A stretch of 64,000 nucleotides of DNA from the human T2T-CHM13v2.0 reference genome, Homo sapiens: the NCBI RefSeq assembly GCF_009914755.1, contig NC_060935.1. One strand, written 5' to 3'. Position numbers and translations under genes: made by a program. Below are positions 14,530-28,300 of the stretch, one piece after another. Under the pieces are notes generated by a model. That model was given only the letters and a program-made list of their open reading frames with translations, did not search any database and was not told the DNA's origin. The number at the start of each line of letters is the position of its first letter. Position 1 is the first letter of the stretch.

Positions 14530-15575
14530 TCTGGCAGACAGACCCTGTTGGTTGCCCACCTAACACCCATTCACGCCTTCCTGGCAGAGCCTATATTTGT
14601 TCAAATATCCTCCCGTCCACATGACTCAGCTCCATGAGTAAATACCAACTGGCCTTAACCCTTCCTGCTGGTCCCATTCCAGTAATTGGTTTAGGGATAG
14701 ACCTGTGACCCCAGCTCTGGTTAATGAAGTGAGAGGAAGTTTACTAGGGATTTCTGAGAAAGACAGCTCTACTCCTAAATGAGAACGCATTAGAAGGATG
14801 ACCCTTTTCTCCTTCTAGGTGCTTTCCTGTCTGAATATTCTATGTGGAGTGATAACAGGATGGTACAGACCCTCCTGGGGAAGAGCACACTAGAAAGTAA
14901 GGAGATACCCTGGGTTCTTGACGACGTGGCTGAGCAACTCCATAAATCAGCCCTGGAATAGTTCTACCACCTTGTCATGTAAGATAATATACTTCCTTAC
15001 TGTTTAAAAGTTACTTTTAATTGAGTTTTGTCACTTGCTGCCAAAAGCACCTTAACTGCCTAAATGATAACTACTCTTCTTTTCTTACCTAGTAATAAAG
15101 TAAGAAAAGATTTTAGTCCAGGCAACAATATACCCAGCTCAAAGGTCCTGTTTCCCAGCATCCCCTGCCGTTTGGCCATGTGACTAAGTTCTAGCCAGTG
15201 AGATGTGAATAGAAGCATTGTGCGGTATGCTCAAGATGCCTTCTTAAAGAAAGCTGGCTACTGGGAACTATGCCCCTCTTTATTCCCTACTTCATCCTAT
15301 CTACTGCTGAGGATAGGGTTTTGATGGCTGCAGCTCCAGTACACAGTCATCTAGTGATCTTGACGTAGAAGCAAATACACAAACAACTACAGAGCAGAAT
15401 GTCAGGGCCTACGTCTCTGCTAACTTTGTGATGCATCATAGCAGCTCCAGGTCACCAGGCTGCAGATTTCATATTCAGGTAAATAAAATAAAGCCTGATG
15501 TGTTTAAAGACACTGTTACTTGGAGTTTTCCCTTATAAACAGCTAAATCTAATTGTAATGTAAGAATTTAGGAAA
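14530..15575 (+). mobile_element. Two adjacent old MaLR LTRs (MLT1-family)
   Basis: 'ggcagacagaccctgttggttgccc', 'tggccatgtgactaagttctagccagtgagatgtga' and 'gtcacttgctgccaaaagca' are MLT1-type motifs. Confidence 0.65.
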
Positions 15576-15671
15576 AGAGCTAAATTTGGCAAGCCACACT
15601 GTAATAAAAGCAGCACAATTAAAGACAGTACATCCAATAAACAAAGACTAGATAGGATAAGAATGTTCCAC

Positions 15672-15932
15672 AGCTGGGTGCGATGGCTCATGCCTGTAGT
15701 CCCAATACTTTGGGAGGCCAAGGCAGGAGGATTGCTTGAACCCAGGAGTTAGAGACCAGCCAGGGCAACCCCATCTCTACAAAAAATACAAAAATTAGCT
15801 GGGCATGGTGGCATGTGCCAGCTACTCAGGAAGCTGAGGTGGGAGGATCTCTTGAGCCCGTGAGGTCAAGGTTGCAGTGAGCTGCACTGCATTCTAGCCT
15901 GGACAATAGAGTGAGACCCTGTCTCAAAAAAA
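15672..15932 (+). mobile_element. AluJ with small internal deletions
   Basis: 'ggattgcttgaacccaggag' and 'cttgagcccgtgaggtcaaggttgcagtgagc' are J-type diagnostics. Confidence 0.9.
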
Positions 15933-16999
15933 CAGAAAGTTTCTAAAACTGCTGTTCATAACACCACCACAAAGCAAGAGACTTGTTACATAAAATGTGA
16001 ATCATCCAAATGATAAAGCACTATGCATTTATTAAATGATGGTAAAAACTAGATGTATTAATATGTAAAATTATAATAAGGCAGATATAGCATAAGTGGT
16101 AAATATAGTAGGAGTCTATTTTTTAAAGGAAATTGTATACATATACTCAGAGAAAAGTTTGGAAACATGTACAAAATATTAACCATAGTTATCTCTCCAT
16201 AGTAGGATAATGGCTCCATATCTTTCAAATATGATACATCTTCAAGATTTAAAAAACAGTATCCACTTATTTTTGTAATTGTTTTTTAAAAGTCCAGTTT
16301 ATATTAAGCATTTTTATAACTATGATTTTTTTAAAAAGCTGAATGTATCTGTGATACAAATATTCTAGCATCTCTAAAATGATCATCTTTGAAGTATGCA
16401 TATAGTCCAAACTAACAGGTAGTGAACAGGGGAAAATGATGAACAAATTCTAAGTCAAAGGTCCTACTAAAGCACATATTTATTGTATTGAATAAGCATG
16501 GCTTGACTAAGAGTGGTCAATGTATGAAAGAATGACTTAGCCTATTTTCTTGCTGGAAAATTGAATCCTGCTAGTAGAAAATCAAATACATTTTCATTTA
16601 CTTACAGTCAGTACTATATTTAGCCAAATAATAGTCAGTATTGATTAAAATAAATAAATGAGCCAGCAAACCATGGTTTCATTTGCCTCGCTACACTTTT
16701 GGAACCCCATGCCAAACACTATAATACTGAACCACTTGATTCTCCTGTTTGATTTCTACTAGTCTCCTATGAAGTCCTGATTTATCAAATCCAAATTTTG
16801 AGTCCATCACATCTTTCATCACCTTCGTTCCTGGGCTGCTAAGCACTATGGGACAAAATTAAAGATCTAGTTGGTTTCACTACAAATTTATACTATCTAA
16901 GCCCAACTGAGGGCTTACGATTCTTCAATAATACTTTGTTCATTTCAGACTGGCCCAATTAAACAAATGTTTCCCACAGTATGCCTAGTCCCTAGATCC

Positions 17000-17530
17000 T
17001 AGTGGCCAGTGAATAACTATGGTTTCTTTCTGCCCAGCAGGTCTTCCTTTCTCTTTTCTTCTGCTTCCTTTGGGGAATTCCCAACTCTAAGCAGTCCTAT
17101 TAGGATGAGTCCAAAACCCAGGTTGCACCATACCATCTCAAACAGAGTGATGGTGCAAGGACAGGCATACGAGGTCAGTCTGGCCAATCAGGATCCCCCT
17201 AGGAGTTTTGCAGTGAGGAACACTTTTAGATATTTATTTTGGGTGCCTAGAAGCAACAATGTACTGAAAGGTGTATTTCCCCACTCTATGGAGACAGGCT
17301 ATTTGCAACAGGAAAGAATGAAGCCAGAACACAAAAGTAGAGACAACTGAAGCTAAGAAATGGAAAGCATGAGAAAACTCTTGTAGCTTTTAAGCCTCGA
17401 GATCCAGTAACATATGAAGCCAACTCCACTTCTGGACTGTCTAGTTCTATCTACATGCAACAATAAATCCTCTATTATGCCTCAGCTGGGTTTCTGTCTC
17501 TTAAACCCAATAGACTCCAGTCAAATGCAG
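17000..17530 (+). mobile_element. MLT1-family LTR
   Basis: 3' end 'aataaatcctctattatgcctcagctgggtttctgtctcttaaaccc' is typical of MLT1. Confidence 0.6.
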
Positions 17531-17559
17531 TACAACTTCTAAGCTTTAACCACTCTCCA

Positions 17560-18805
17560 AAAACCACCTATTAGCAGTCCCCAAATGTCTGTTTCCTGAT
17601 GAGCTTCTTTACCCAAAGTCACTTTCAACAACTTACTGAAATGATTCCAAAAATACTTAAAGAAGTCAAGGCCCTTTCTCACTAGTCATGGGCATCTTTC
17701 TCCAGCATGTCAGTGTTGATCTCTCATTTCTTTGTGAAAAACCTCTCCTCCCACAGCTCCTGGGGCAGAGTTCTGCCCCAGTTCTCCTGCTCCTCCGGCA
17801 CTTGGTCTTCTTCCCACACCCTGATTCAAGTGTTTCCCAAGGAGTTGTCTTTGGCCTTCTTCCCTTTTCTTCTACCCTCTCTCCCTTGGCAAGCTCTTTC
17901 AATCTAATGTTTCCAGTAATGACCTCAAAATAAAAGACTCCTAAATCTATACCCACGATACACTATTCTATAATCTATGCCCTTCGATCTCTATCCTGGA
18001 CTCCACTCCTGAATTTCCAGATGCCTCCACCCATATCCCACCTGAACTCCACATGTATGTTAAAAACAGCATTTAATTATCTTCTCTTCTAAAAAAATTT
18101 CTCTTTCTGCATTATTGCTAATTTTCGTCAAAGCACCACCAGACTCCTGGTAATCTTAAAATTCATTGTTAATGATGTTACCCCTATCATCCCAGCCAAG
18201 ACATTCTCTTGATTCTATTTCCATAACATCTTTTGAATAGGTGCCCTCCTCCCTATCCCTGCCTCCCATCTGCCCTAATTTGGATTCTCATAATTCTCAC
18301 CTAGACGATTGCCAGTGGCATTTTCATTTCTCCCTGAACTCTCTCAATTTCAAACTCTCTGCTATGAGACTACATTTATTGAAGGTCATATCTGAACAAA
18401 TCATTCCCTAGCTCAAAAAAACTTCAAGAGTCACTCAAGAGTTTAAAGTCTGTTTCAGTCTGCCAAAATGTCCTTAGTCTAGCCCTAAGCTCTGCGTATC
18501 TTTTCCATAACTTCCTTTCAATAATTCAAAATTGCAACCAAACCAACCATTTTTACCACCTATCCCAGTCTGTGTCCCCATCTTTGCTCATGCTCCTCTG
18601 CAGGTCTTTGTACATGTCCTCTTGAATAACTCCCCCTATCCCCTCTAGGCTCTCCAGAAATGCCATCGTTCCTTCTTGCTAGAAGTAATTTTCCTTCCAA
18701 TTTGAATTCCCATAGCGAGTATACTATCCCTCTCCCTTGAAAGCAAGAATCTCATTTGATCCAGCACTGAACATAGTGGTTCAGCCAACAAAAGTTTGTT
18801 GAATT
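17560..18805. mobile_element. Decayed L2 fragments
   Basis: Pyrimidine-rich L2 3'-region motifs ending 'gtttgttgaat'. Confidence 0.6.
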
Positions 18806-18869
18806 TACTATACATTGTCTAGCAAGTCCTTCCTCACCCTCTCCACATCTACAGGGGCATAGGCAGATC

Positions 18870-20045
18870 TGGGATTGACACCCAGCTTATAATGAGCTAT
18901 GTAAACTTGGGTCAGTTACTTAACCTCTCTGATGAAAAGCTTCGGCTCCCAATCAGCAAAATGGGAATAATGATAGCTCACAGAGTTTTATGAGTTAAAA
19001 TAAAACAAAACAATGTTTTCTAGAAGGGCCTATACGGCATATTAGCACAAACTCCCTTATGATTTATCTGTTTTCACCCTTAATCTCTACTCTGAGAGCT
19101 CCCCAAATGACACACTATAGGCAATGTCTTGAGTAAGATAAGTAACACTCCTCTATGACTTCTGTATGTGCTTCCCAACAGTAAGGGTCGTGATCTTTGC
19201 TACCAAGTCATCCTACCAGAGGGCTGCAAAGTGGAACAAGAGAATGCTTCCAAAGAAGTTAATATTTTTAACTGTGAAACATCACCAGAGCAACTGAGGA
19301 ACTATTTTGCTTTTTCTGGGAAATTACTGCAGTCAAGAGAGCTTATCTGAGAAAGCTGCATCAAGGGAGTAAACGTTAAGTGAGTCAAACTTTAGTTTGG
19401 AAGCAAAGGGAATTCCTTGTATTAGAAGAGAACAATAGCTACTTTCTACAGCTCTGAACAACCCAGGAAGACTATTTGAGACTATGCATCTCAGAGATAT
19501 AAAAATTGGTAAGATATAGAAGAGATGACATTGAACTCTGTAAGGTCTAATTCTGGCTTAGTTACATACTAACTGTGTTACTTTGGACAAGCCACTTATC
19601 TACTATTGGGTCTTGATATTCCCATCTGTAAAATGGTATGGCTAGATAAGGAAATTTTATTCTAGGAAGAACTCCTTGTTCACAAATTTGGTCAGCAAAC
19701 TTACTACAGGAAATACTGGGCAGCTGATCCCCTTTGACAGTTAGATGTTGACCTACTTAGAGTTGCAGGTAATAGTGACTGGATGGTCCCTTTAGCTCCC
19801 CTCCAATTCTGTGCCTTTTGAGGCAACATTATAGCTTAGAAACTAAGAGCAATGACTTGAATCAGATGAACATAGATCCAATTCCTGGCTGTGCTTTTAC
19901 TCTATGAGCACAGTTAGGTTTTCCACCTCTCTAAAGCCTCCGTGTCATCACCTGTAAATAAGTAATAATAAACTCCTCATAGGGGTCTCATGAGTATTAA
20001 ATGCAATAGAATATATTTTTAGCACATAATTAAGTTTTTAGCATT
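18870..20045 (+). mobile_element. Cluster of MIR fragments
   Basis: Repeated MIR core variants, e.g. 'ttgggtcagttacttaacctctctg', 'ctttggacaagccactt...catctgtaaaatgg'. Confidence 0.65.
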
Positions 20046-20129
20046 AACTTAGGTAAAGACTATGAAAAAATACTTTTAGAAATTTAAAATGAATTATTGA
20101 AACACAGGAACCAGATATAGTTTATTATT

Positions 20130-20495
20130 CTGGATAATATCCTGGACCAGAATATTTTTTTCTTTTTCGCTAAAGGATATCAGTGGGACAGCTGTTGAAA
20201 TTTGAATAAGAATTGTAGATCAGGTGATAACATATATCAAAGCTAGTTTTCTGAGTTTGACAATCATCTTGTGGTTATTCAAGAGAATATCCTTGTGTTT
20301 CTGGACTACACACTGCAATATTTAAAGATTTATCTAAAACTTACTCTCAAATGGTTCAGAAAAAAATGTACATATATTTTGTATGTGTGTGGAAAGAAAG
20401 AGAGAGAGAAAGTTAACATTTGGGAAATTGGAGTGAAGGGTATATGAAAAATTATGCTTGCAATATTTTGAAAGTCTGAAATTACCTTGATACAG
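20130..20495 (+). mobile_element. Old L1M (MC/ME) 3' fragment
   Basis: 'gagaatatccttg...atttaaag...ttactctcaaatggttcagaaaaaa' is typical of L1MC/ME 3' UTR. Confidence 0.6.
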
Positions 20496-21677
20496 AATAT
20501 TATATAGATCTGTGTGCAGAATGTTTTAAATATGTTTGTATATGTTATTATCATGGATTGAATTACATATATGAATTGAATAGCTGTATTTGACATATGT
20601 TATGTGTGTGTGTATAAATATGTAATTCAATTATTTAAAACTATTTAATTTGACCCACCCCTGTTTTTATTTGATTTTAAACCTTTCTGTTTAAATTATT
20701 TACTAGCCCCGTTTGGTAAAGTAGTAATTCCATTTAGAATTAACTGTCCTACAGATGAAACAAAATGACAGGTAATCTTCAATTAGTATTCAGAGACCTA
20801 AGTTTCACTTTAGCATTGTGAAGTCTTCCAAAGTCAAATCATGTTTTGAAACAACTGGAATTATCCTAGTCATATAGTGTGCATTAAACAATAACTGTCC
20901 AAGTGCCAAAGCTGGCAATGGCTTCTACTGCTGTTGCCACATCAAAGTAACAGCCACAGCAATTTTTTCAGTGACAGCTTATGGAAAATTAGCTGGATAT
21001 TCCTTTCTGCTGTTCCTAACTCCAACATTTTCACAGCTCCAAATTTCAGCCATCCCCCAAATGACTACCAATACCCAACAAGCCTAAAGGAGAGCCAAAA
21101 ACATGTCTGACAACGTCACATCAGGCAGCAGAGCCTGTCAACGCTAAGTGAATGTTTTCTTAAAATTCTGGCTTTCCTTTTACATTGTGAACAGAAACTC
21201 CAACTTCTACCCCCAAGCAAAACCATCTCTCTTCCAAATGATATCAAGGAAGACTGCAATGTTTAAGATGATTAGTAAAATTTCTCACGGCGACATAGCA
21301 TTTTATGGTTACAAATCACTTTTACATAAATTATCCCATATTTCCTTTACGGTAGTTCTGTGAGAAGTTCCATTGTAAAGAATAGGAAAGTAAAGTGCAA
21401 AGATTTCAGAACCTTTCATGTACTGAATTTGGGGCCACAATCTATGTTTCTATATTCCCAACAGGTGTTGGGGGAGAGCAGGAATCACTAGGTAACACTA
21501 TTTATGAACTATAAAACTTTCAAAAAGTAGGTTAAATATACAGAAGAAGCAGGATTGGAAAAAGAAGGAGGAAAAAAAGTAGGTTAAATGTGAAAACAAA
21601 ACAAATGGCAACAATAGTATCTAAAGTACATTTCACTGAAAAAGTTGGATGGAATATTTTCCTGAGAACAAATACAT

Positions 21678-21796
21678 ATCACTCACAGTGTTCCAGAAAG
21701 CACTGGGCTCTAGGGGCCTGACTTCAAGTCCCAGCACATCACTCACAGTGTTCCAGAAAGAACTGGGCTCTATGGGCCTGACTTCAAGTCCCAGCA
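21678..21796 (+). repeat. Tandem duplication, 60-bp period, 2 copies
   Basis: atcactcacagtgttccagaaag(c/a)actgggctcta(g/t)gggcctgacttcaagtcccagca twice, with 2 mismatches. Confidence 0.97.
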
Positions 21797-22446
21797 AAAC
21801 AGCATACCAGGCTCATGAACTCCAATAAGGCCCTTAACCTTGTCAGTTCAGCTTCAACTTTTGTGAAACTGACTTTCCTTACAGAGTTATGGGAATGGAC
21901 TTCTGTTCATTGTAAAGCTCTAAACACATACTATTTACACTCTTATCTTTATCAAATGGAATTCTTTGGGTCCCAAATAGATCAGCTCTCTGTGTTCCCG
22001 GTCTCAGCAAATGGCACCCAGTTATTCAGGGCAAAAACCCTAGTCTCATTCCTATCACTCCCCAAATATCAAATTAAACTCCTTCAGAACAAGTCTAAAT
22101 TTCTTATCTTAAAATGACCCTTCATTATCTGGCCTCGTCTCCTGACATTTTTCCATATGTACCCTTTAGTCTTGTCATAACAAGACACAACTTTATGCGT
22201 CCTAAAACTTCTGAAATTTTCTATGTCCATGCCTTCCACATACTATGAAGTTCTTCCTACAACACCCTTACTACTACCCTCATTTGGTTAATTCCTACAT
22301 GTCCTTCAACACTCAGCAGAAGCTACTGTGGAAGACTATCCCAAATCCTACAGTCTTAAGAAAATACACTGTTTTAGGCCTTTCCTCCCTGCACACACGT
22401 CTTCACTATGATGCAACAAGTGTTAGTTTCATTTCTCCCCCTAGAT

Positions 22447-22659
22447 CAATGTTGTCCAATAGAACTTTCTGCAATGATGGAAATGATCCACATCTGCACT
22501 GTCTAATATAGTAGCAACCACAGGCAGCTATATGAGCACGTGAAATGTGGCTAGTTCAACTAAGGGAACTGAATTTTTCATTTTATTTAATTTTATTCAT
22601 TTTAAATCTAAACATAATAGCCACCTGTGGCTAGTGGCTACGGTGCTGGACAGCACAAC
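22447..22659 (+). mobile_element. MER3 hAT-Charlie MITE (inside L2)
   Basis: 'tgtccaatagaactttctgcaatgatggaaatg...agccacctgtggctagtggctacggtgctggacagc' matches the recalled MER3 consensus; ctag-containing flanks. Confidence 0.9.
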
Positions 22660-25271
22660 TCTAGAGGGTCTGTCAACTTTGAAGATGGGTCATGCTTGTA
22701 TCTGTATTCCCAGCACCTGCCACCTGGCATAGAGTAGGATTCAGAGTTTATTGAAAGAATAAGGAAATGTGTAAGTATCTATACATACTTCTTCTGTATT
22801 CTTGGGAAGTGATTTCTCCCAATACCCCAAGCATTCTATCACATTTAAACATTCATCACATCAAATTTTGCCAAACCCAGTCACATCTTGTAAAGCACAC
22901 CTCATTAACTAACATGGAAAAACCCTCAGCAAATAATTTCTACTCAGGGCATTTGGCTTCATGATCACTCTTAAATGACTTCCAGATGACTCCTAGACAA
23001 ACAGTTATGCTGTTTATGAAATATTACAATAGTCATGGCGGCATCATTTTGGAATGTCAAAATCAACTACACTGTTTAATAAGGAAAAAGCATAGGCTTT
23101 TTATATTTATTTTAGTATTTATATTAATGTGGAAAATAAATTCTCTTGAGTGCCTACAGTACTGTAAAAGTTATTAAAGACTATTTTGAAGTATTCTTTA
23201 AAAATAACATTCTGCTCTCCTAACTGAATTCATTTTTGAAACACCATACAACATTTAGAGAGAGTATACGGACTTGATTTCATGGGTTTCATTACTATGA
23301 TAGGAGAATATGGAGAGAATATGACCTTGCTACAAAGAATCAGCAGTCAAATTCAATTTGGTTCCAATTAAAAGTCCTGGTTGGCAGAATTCATGAGGTT
23401 GGCATATGGTTGGTCATTTGAGATTTTAAGAAATCCAAGATGTGAACTTCGCTAAGCAGATTAACCAGGTTTGACTCCACATCCAGGTCTTCACTTCGAA
23501 ATTCCTTAAAGTATAACTGGCAATCGAAGGCATCAACGAAGATGGTGTGCACACAGTGGCCCCACCCAGAATGAGGGGAGCTTCTCCATTGCTGGCCTGG
23601 TACATTACCCATCCCATAGTGATTATATTATACAATGGCTGAACAACCATTTGTTAATGTCCTTCCATCACATAATTACTTCTGTAAAGAGAGACTAACC
23701 CTATAGTCTAAAATTGTATGTGAAATAAAAAGGAAGAGGTAAAGCATCTTAAGGCTTCATAAAGGGGGTGGAGGTGGAAACTTCAAATGGATGGTTTGCT
23801 TCTTTTAAACTCAATTGAAAAATCTTAATTAAAAATAACTTTATTACAAAATAATTAATGTTCACTATAAGAAAAAAAAAAACAACAACACAGGAGGCAA
23901 AAATAAAACATATACTTCTACCCAAGGATAACATTTGGTATATACTCTTCTGCTTTTTTTCTTATGCACTTTGAAAATAGTAAAATAAACATTAGTCAGC
24001 ATTTATATAACATTCATTCTGTTTCATGTACTGTCCTAAGCATTTAACATAAATGAATTCACTCTGTCTTCTCTAGAATACTATGAGGGAGGGACTATTA
24101 TTAGCTGCACCTTTTTCAAAGAAATTGAGCAGAGAGAATAATTTGACCTAGCTCATAAACTTGTAAGTGGCAAATAATCTCTGTTCAACTTTTGCAGTGG
24201 GAGCATTATGTTTGACTAAGTAGTGTGGGAAGAAACATTTCTCTTTAACTACTATTTCAATATTCTATCAGAGTACATAACCTGGATATCTTATTAGACT
24301 CCTGTTCCCCATTCTCTAGGGGAGTGGCCGAGCTAAAAGATGGAAGACATTCGCTGACTTGGATCTAATACTCAACAGCTGGGCTGTATGACACAATCTG
24401 TAATATGAATTTAGATTCCTTCAGGGCTATATCTCTTTGATGTTCTTAGTATCAAACCATCACCTTCCTACCTCTATATATTATATAATCCATTAGCTTG
24501 GCCTGTAGAAGCCTATATTAACTTAATTCAAGTCGATTTTATTTTTTCACTGGGATTCTCAAAATATAATATATAGTTCCCAATTCTTTTAAAACCCGAA
24601 AGTGCCTATTTTGATTATGGACTTCAAAAAAGTGTGGAGAGCACAACAAAAAGGAGGTTGAAACAAGGAGAAAATATTTCCACAGTGCAAACTGTTAAAT
24701 TGGAAATGTGAGATGCAACTGACAAGTTCAGAAACATTCTTAAAGTTAAAGGTGCTCTTAGAGACCTAGACAGTGTTTCATGCCTTCACCCCATTTCCAA
24801 AGGTCATCTGCAATTGTCCAAGGGGACCTACCCTCAGTTTTCTGCTGGCTCACTGTTGAAATTGTTGCTCATGGCCCTGAAACACCTTGTGTTATTTTTT
24901 GTGGTTCTGTTACCCATATAGCAACTCCTTGGTAACAATGGTAATTATACAGCAGCCTTGTTATCTCAGAATAACACTGTAATTAACTGGTGTCACTGCA
25001 GCATTTGTAGTTATAATAATTGCAGCAAAAAAGAAGTCCTATGGAAGTAGCATTTTTTTAGTTATGGCTTTCAAAAATAGCTTCAGCAACTATGCTGCTT
25101 AGAAAACCAAGTTTACTTCCCCCAAGAAACATGATTTCCTCCTCACAAAGCCCACTGAAATTAAGCTATCAGAATGTCTAACAGAAAACATCAGACTTTC
25201 TCTGTAGCAAAAGCTTCCAAAATGAATTGGGGAAAAAGACATACACACACATTTCTCAAAGTAATACTTAC

Positions 25272-25343
25272 AGCTCTTCTAGAAAAGGAAAGTTCTTAAA
25301 TGCATCTTCTGGCAACTGAGTAATGTTGTTCATACTGATATCC
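25272..25343 (-). CDS. LGR4: LGR4 coding exon 2 (72 nt, one LRR: (L)[23 protein letters not shown](L))
   Basis: The reverse complement reads ...ttttccag|G GAT ATC AGT ATG AAC AAC ATT ACT CAG TTG CCA GAA GAT GCA TTT AAG AAC TTT CCT TTT CTA GAA GAG CT|gtaagt. It has canonical AG/GT ends and phase 2-2, and the peptide matches the recalled LGR4 ectodomain. Contains an N-I-T glycosylation sequon. Exon number is from the recalled gene structure. Confidence 0.96.
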
Positions 25344-28300
25344 CTGGAAAACGTAAAGTTAAGAATATTGTTAATTAAGTGGTATGAAGCTTAAAGTATT
25401 TAATCCAACAGAAAACTAACTAGGTGTTACAATTTTGTGAAAGAGCATAGAAGACACATAGAAACAGTCACAATTTGGCTTCAGAATGCAATATTCAGAA
25501 AACACAGAAAAGTTAAATGTTCTGTTATAAATTATGTCCCATAATTTAGAAATGTACTCAGATCCTGTATTTTCCCCTCTTAAGTATCCTTGGAAAAAAG
25601 TCTCAAACCACCTAAAATAAGTGGGCCAGGGTGGCTTCCCAGTGCTCTGGTATTCACAGTACTACCTATACCTGATCAAAATAAACAAATGAATACCCTA
25701 GGAACGATATGTAGAATTTATAGGTGAGGGTGGCTTCTGGAGTCACTCAAGGACAATAAAAGCATGTCCTAGCTCTACCCTAGTCATATTTTCTTCAAAA
25801 CCTATAAAAGTCCTCCAGGTAACAGTTGTCAGTGGATTTCATGTTCCGCCTATGAACAGATGCAGGCTAAGGACAAGTGCGTACATGATAGGTATGTGGT
25901 CCATTTCCAGTTTTCCCTTAAGAGCGTCCGCAGAAAGAAAACTCACCCAGCAATATAACTCAACAATTCACTAATTCAAACAGCTAAAAAATACTTTATT
26001 AACCATTTCCCTCCTCCCTGGCAGCTGCCTTTTGAACTGGCTTTCTCTGCCACACTCCACTTGACATCAGCACCATGAAAGACAGGTTAAAACAGCCCCA
26101 TAAGGGAAAGTCCCAGCATGCGCTGGGGCAGTGGAGTTGCCTCCTTCTGTTCCATGGTGTTTAATTCTGTGGCTGAGCCCTTGGGTCTCCCCTCTCTAGA
26201 ACCTGGCATGAAACTTCACATGTAGGACATGTCCATTAGTATAGTACATATATTGGTATGAGGAAGGAGAAGAGAAATGAAGCATACCGAAGTCAGCTTA
26301 CAACAATAATACTGTGTTATTCCATCCATTCCATCAGGTAAAATTTTCTTTTAAAGGAGGCGACACCTTCAGTATCATGCTAGGTACGTCCTTTCTCCCC
26401 ATCTTTCCTCTCACTAAAATTTAGAAATGGAATCTACATCCTTTCTTACTAGCCTTTCCCAAAGCAGGTTTGGAAAAGTTTTTGGCTTGGGAATAACAGT
26501 AACAGTAGCAGCAACAAAAACAGCAGGAGCAGCAGCTAAGATGCAGTGCATGCTTTTAACATGGTAAGACTACATAGAAAATCTTACTTTACAAATGGGG
26601 AAACTGAGGCTTACTGAGGTTAAAAAAGCTTCCCCAAGACCATTCAATAAGCAGTGTAACAGAAAACACCAGAGCCCATGACCTTAAGTGCAAACGATGA
26701 GTCTTCTTAAGTATTATTTGAATCCTGTTATTAATACTTCTCTCCAGTGGTAGCCAAGATGTAAAACAAATACTTGAGTCCCATCAAGCTTAAAAACTGG
26801 GAGGAATAATGCCCCTAACACCTTGACATAATTATCCATGAATCTCTGGAAGAGCACTTTTGCTTGACAACCGGGGTTTAAAAAAAAAAAGAAAAAAGAA
26901 AAAGAGGACCAGGAATAGCTTTAGCAATTAAGGAACCAACATTAACCAACATTAATATACATTTCTTAGCACAAGAAATTTCCCTTTAGATGAGTCTTAT
27001 GACCATAGAGACATACATGCACTCTAAAATGTTATATCATTGAAAACAACTCAAATCCTACTAAAGGAGCTTAAAAGAAAAGCCAAATTACTATGCTTCT
27101 CTAGGAATTACTATTTTAAAACCCAGGCCCCAATACTACTTTAGTCAGTGATCATTATCCCTGGGGGAAGGGGCGAGGAAATGTTTTGTTTTTCATAAAC
27201 ACTCTAGCAAGATACTGGAGAAATGGCACCAAAACAGGGGTCAGAAAAGGCAGGCGCAACTCCCACACTGCCACATAGCCATTGTACGATAGTGGGCCTC
27301 CATCTGCTCATCAGTAAATTGAAGCTGATTGCTTGGGTGGCTTCCTGGCCTGACATGATATACTGTCACCTTTATACTGACATTATATACTGATTCACCC
27401 TTTTCTGTAGTTTATTCATGGAGGAGTCTACCTTTTCAGATAAAAACAGATGAGATTCATTTTATAGAATGTTTCTGAAAAGTTTATCATAATGCAAAGT
27501 TTAAAGACTATCCCTCTGTCATTATTAAATTACTAAGTCACTCTCACGGGAGATACATTTGGCCTTAACCAATAAAATCATTCTCAAGAATACAACAAAA
27601 CATTTAATCATATCGAAAGCAAAATAATGATCCAAAATGAGTAAACAATGATTCTGTAAAATATCAGACAGTTTTGGTGCTTTTCAGTCATTCTAATAAA
27701 AAGAGGAAGGACAACAAGAATTGATTGCTTTACAAAATGAGGCATTCTGTACAGTTTCCTCTAAGCTTGGCACACCTGAATTCAGGTGAGTTATCACTGT
27801 AACAGAAAAACTGATTAATTTCCTCATCAGAAAAAGGTCTGGAGAGAACCAATTAATTGCCTCACCAGAAAAAGACACATAATTAGAGACAATTTACACC
27901 ACACTATTCTCTGCATTCCAGTTTTTTAAAACATGCACACACACACGCACAGCTCTGATTTTTTTCCTTATAGTAACAAGACGTAACAGGTAGTTTTGCT
28001 GTGAGCTGTAAATGCAATTAGTGAGACTCCATATTTACAAACTAACATATGTAAAACACACGGTGAGTTTTTATTTCAAAGCTTCAGATTCAGGAGTAAT
28101 ACTTATTTCTAAATTTTTCTTAATTTCACACACCCGGAGAAGTTCCCTCTTTACAGATGTTTTCTCTCATACTTTCTGGGATTCAGTTACAACATTTATG
28201 AAGTAAAAAGTTGGGTGTGGGGGCAGTGGTGAGCTACAAGATGTTATCTCCGGAGAAGCTCTGGAAACCTGTAGTTACAGAGTATAGTTGCGTGGGTATC

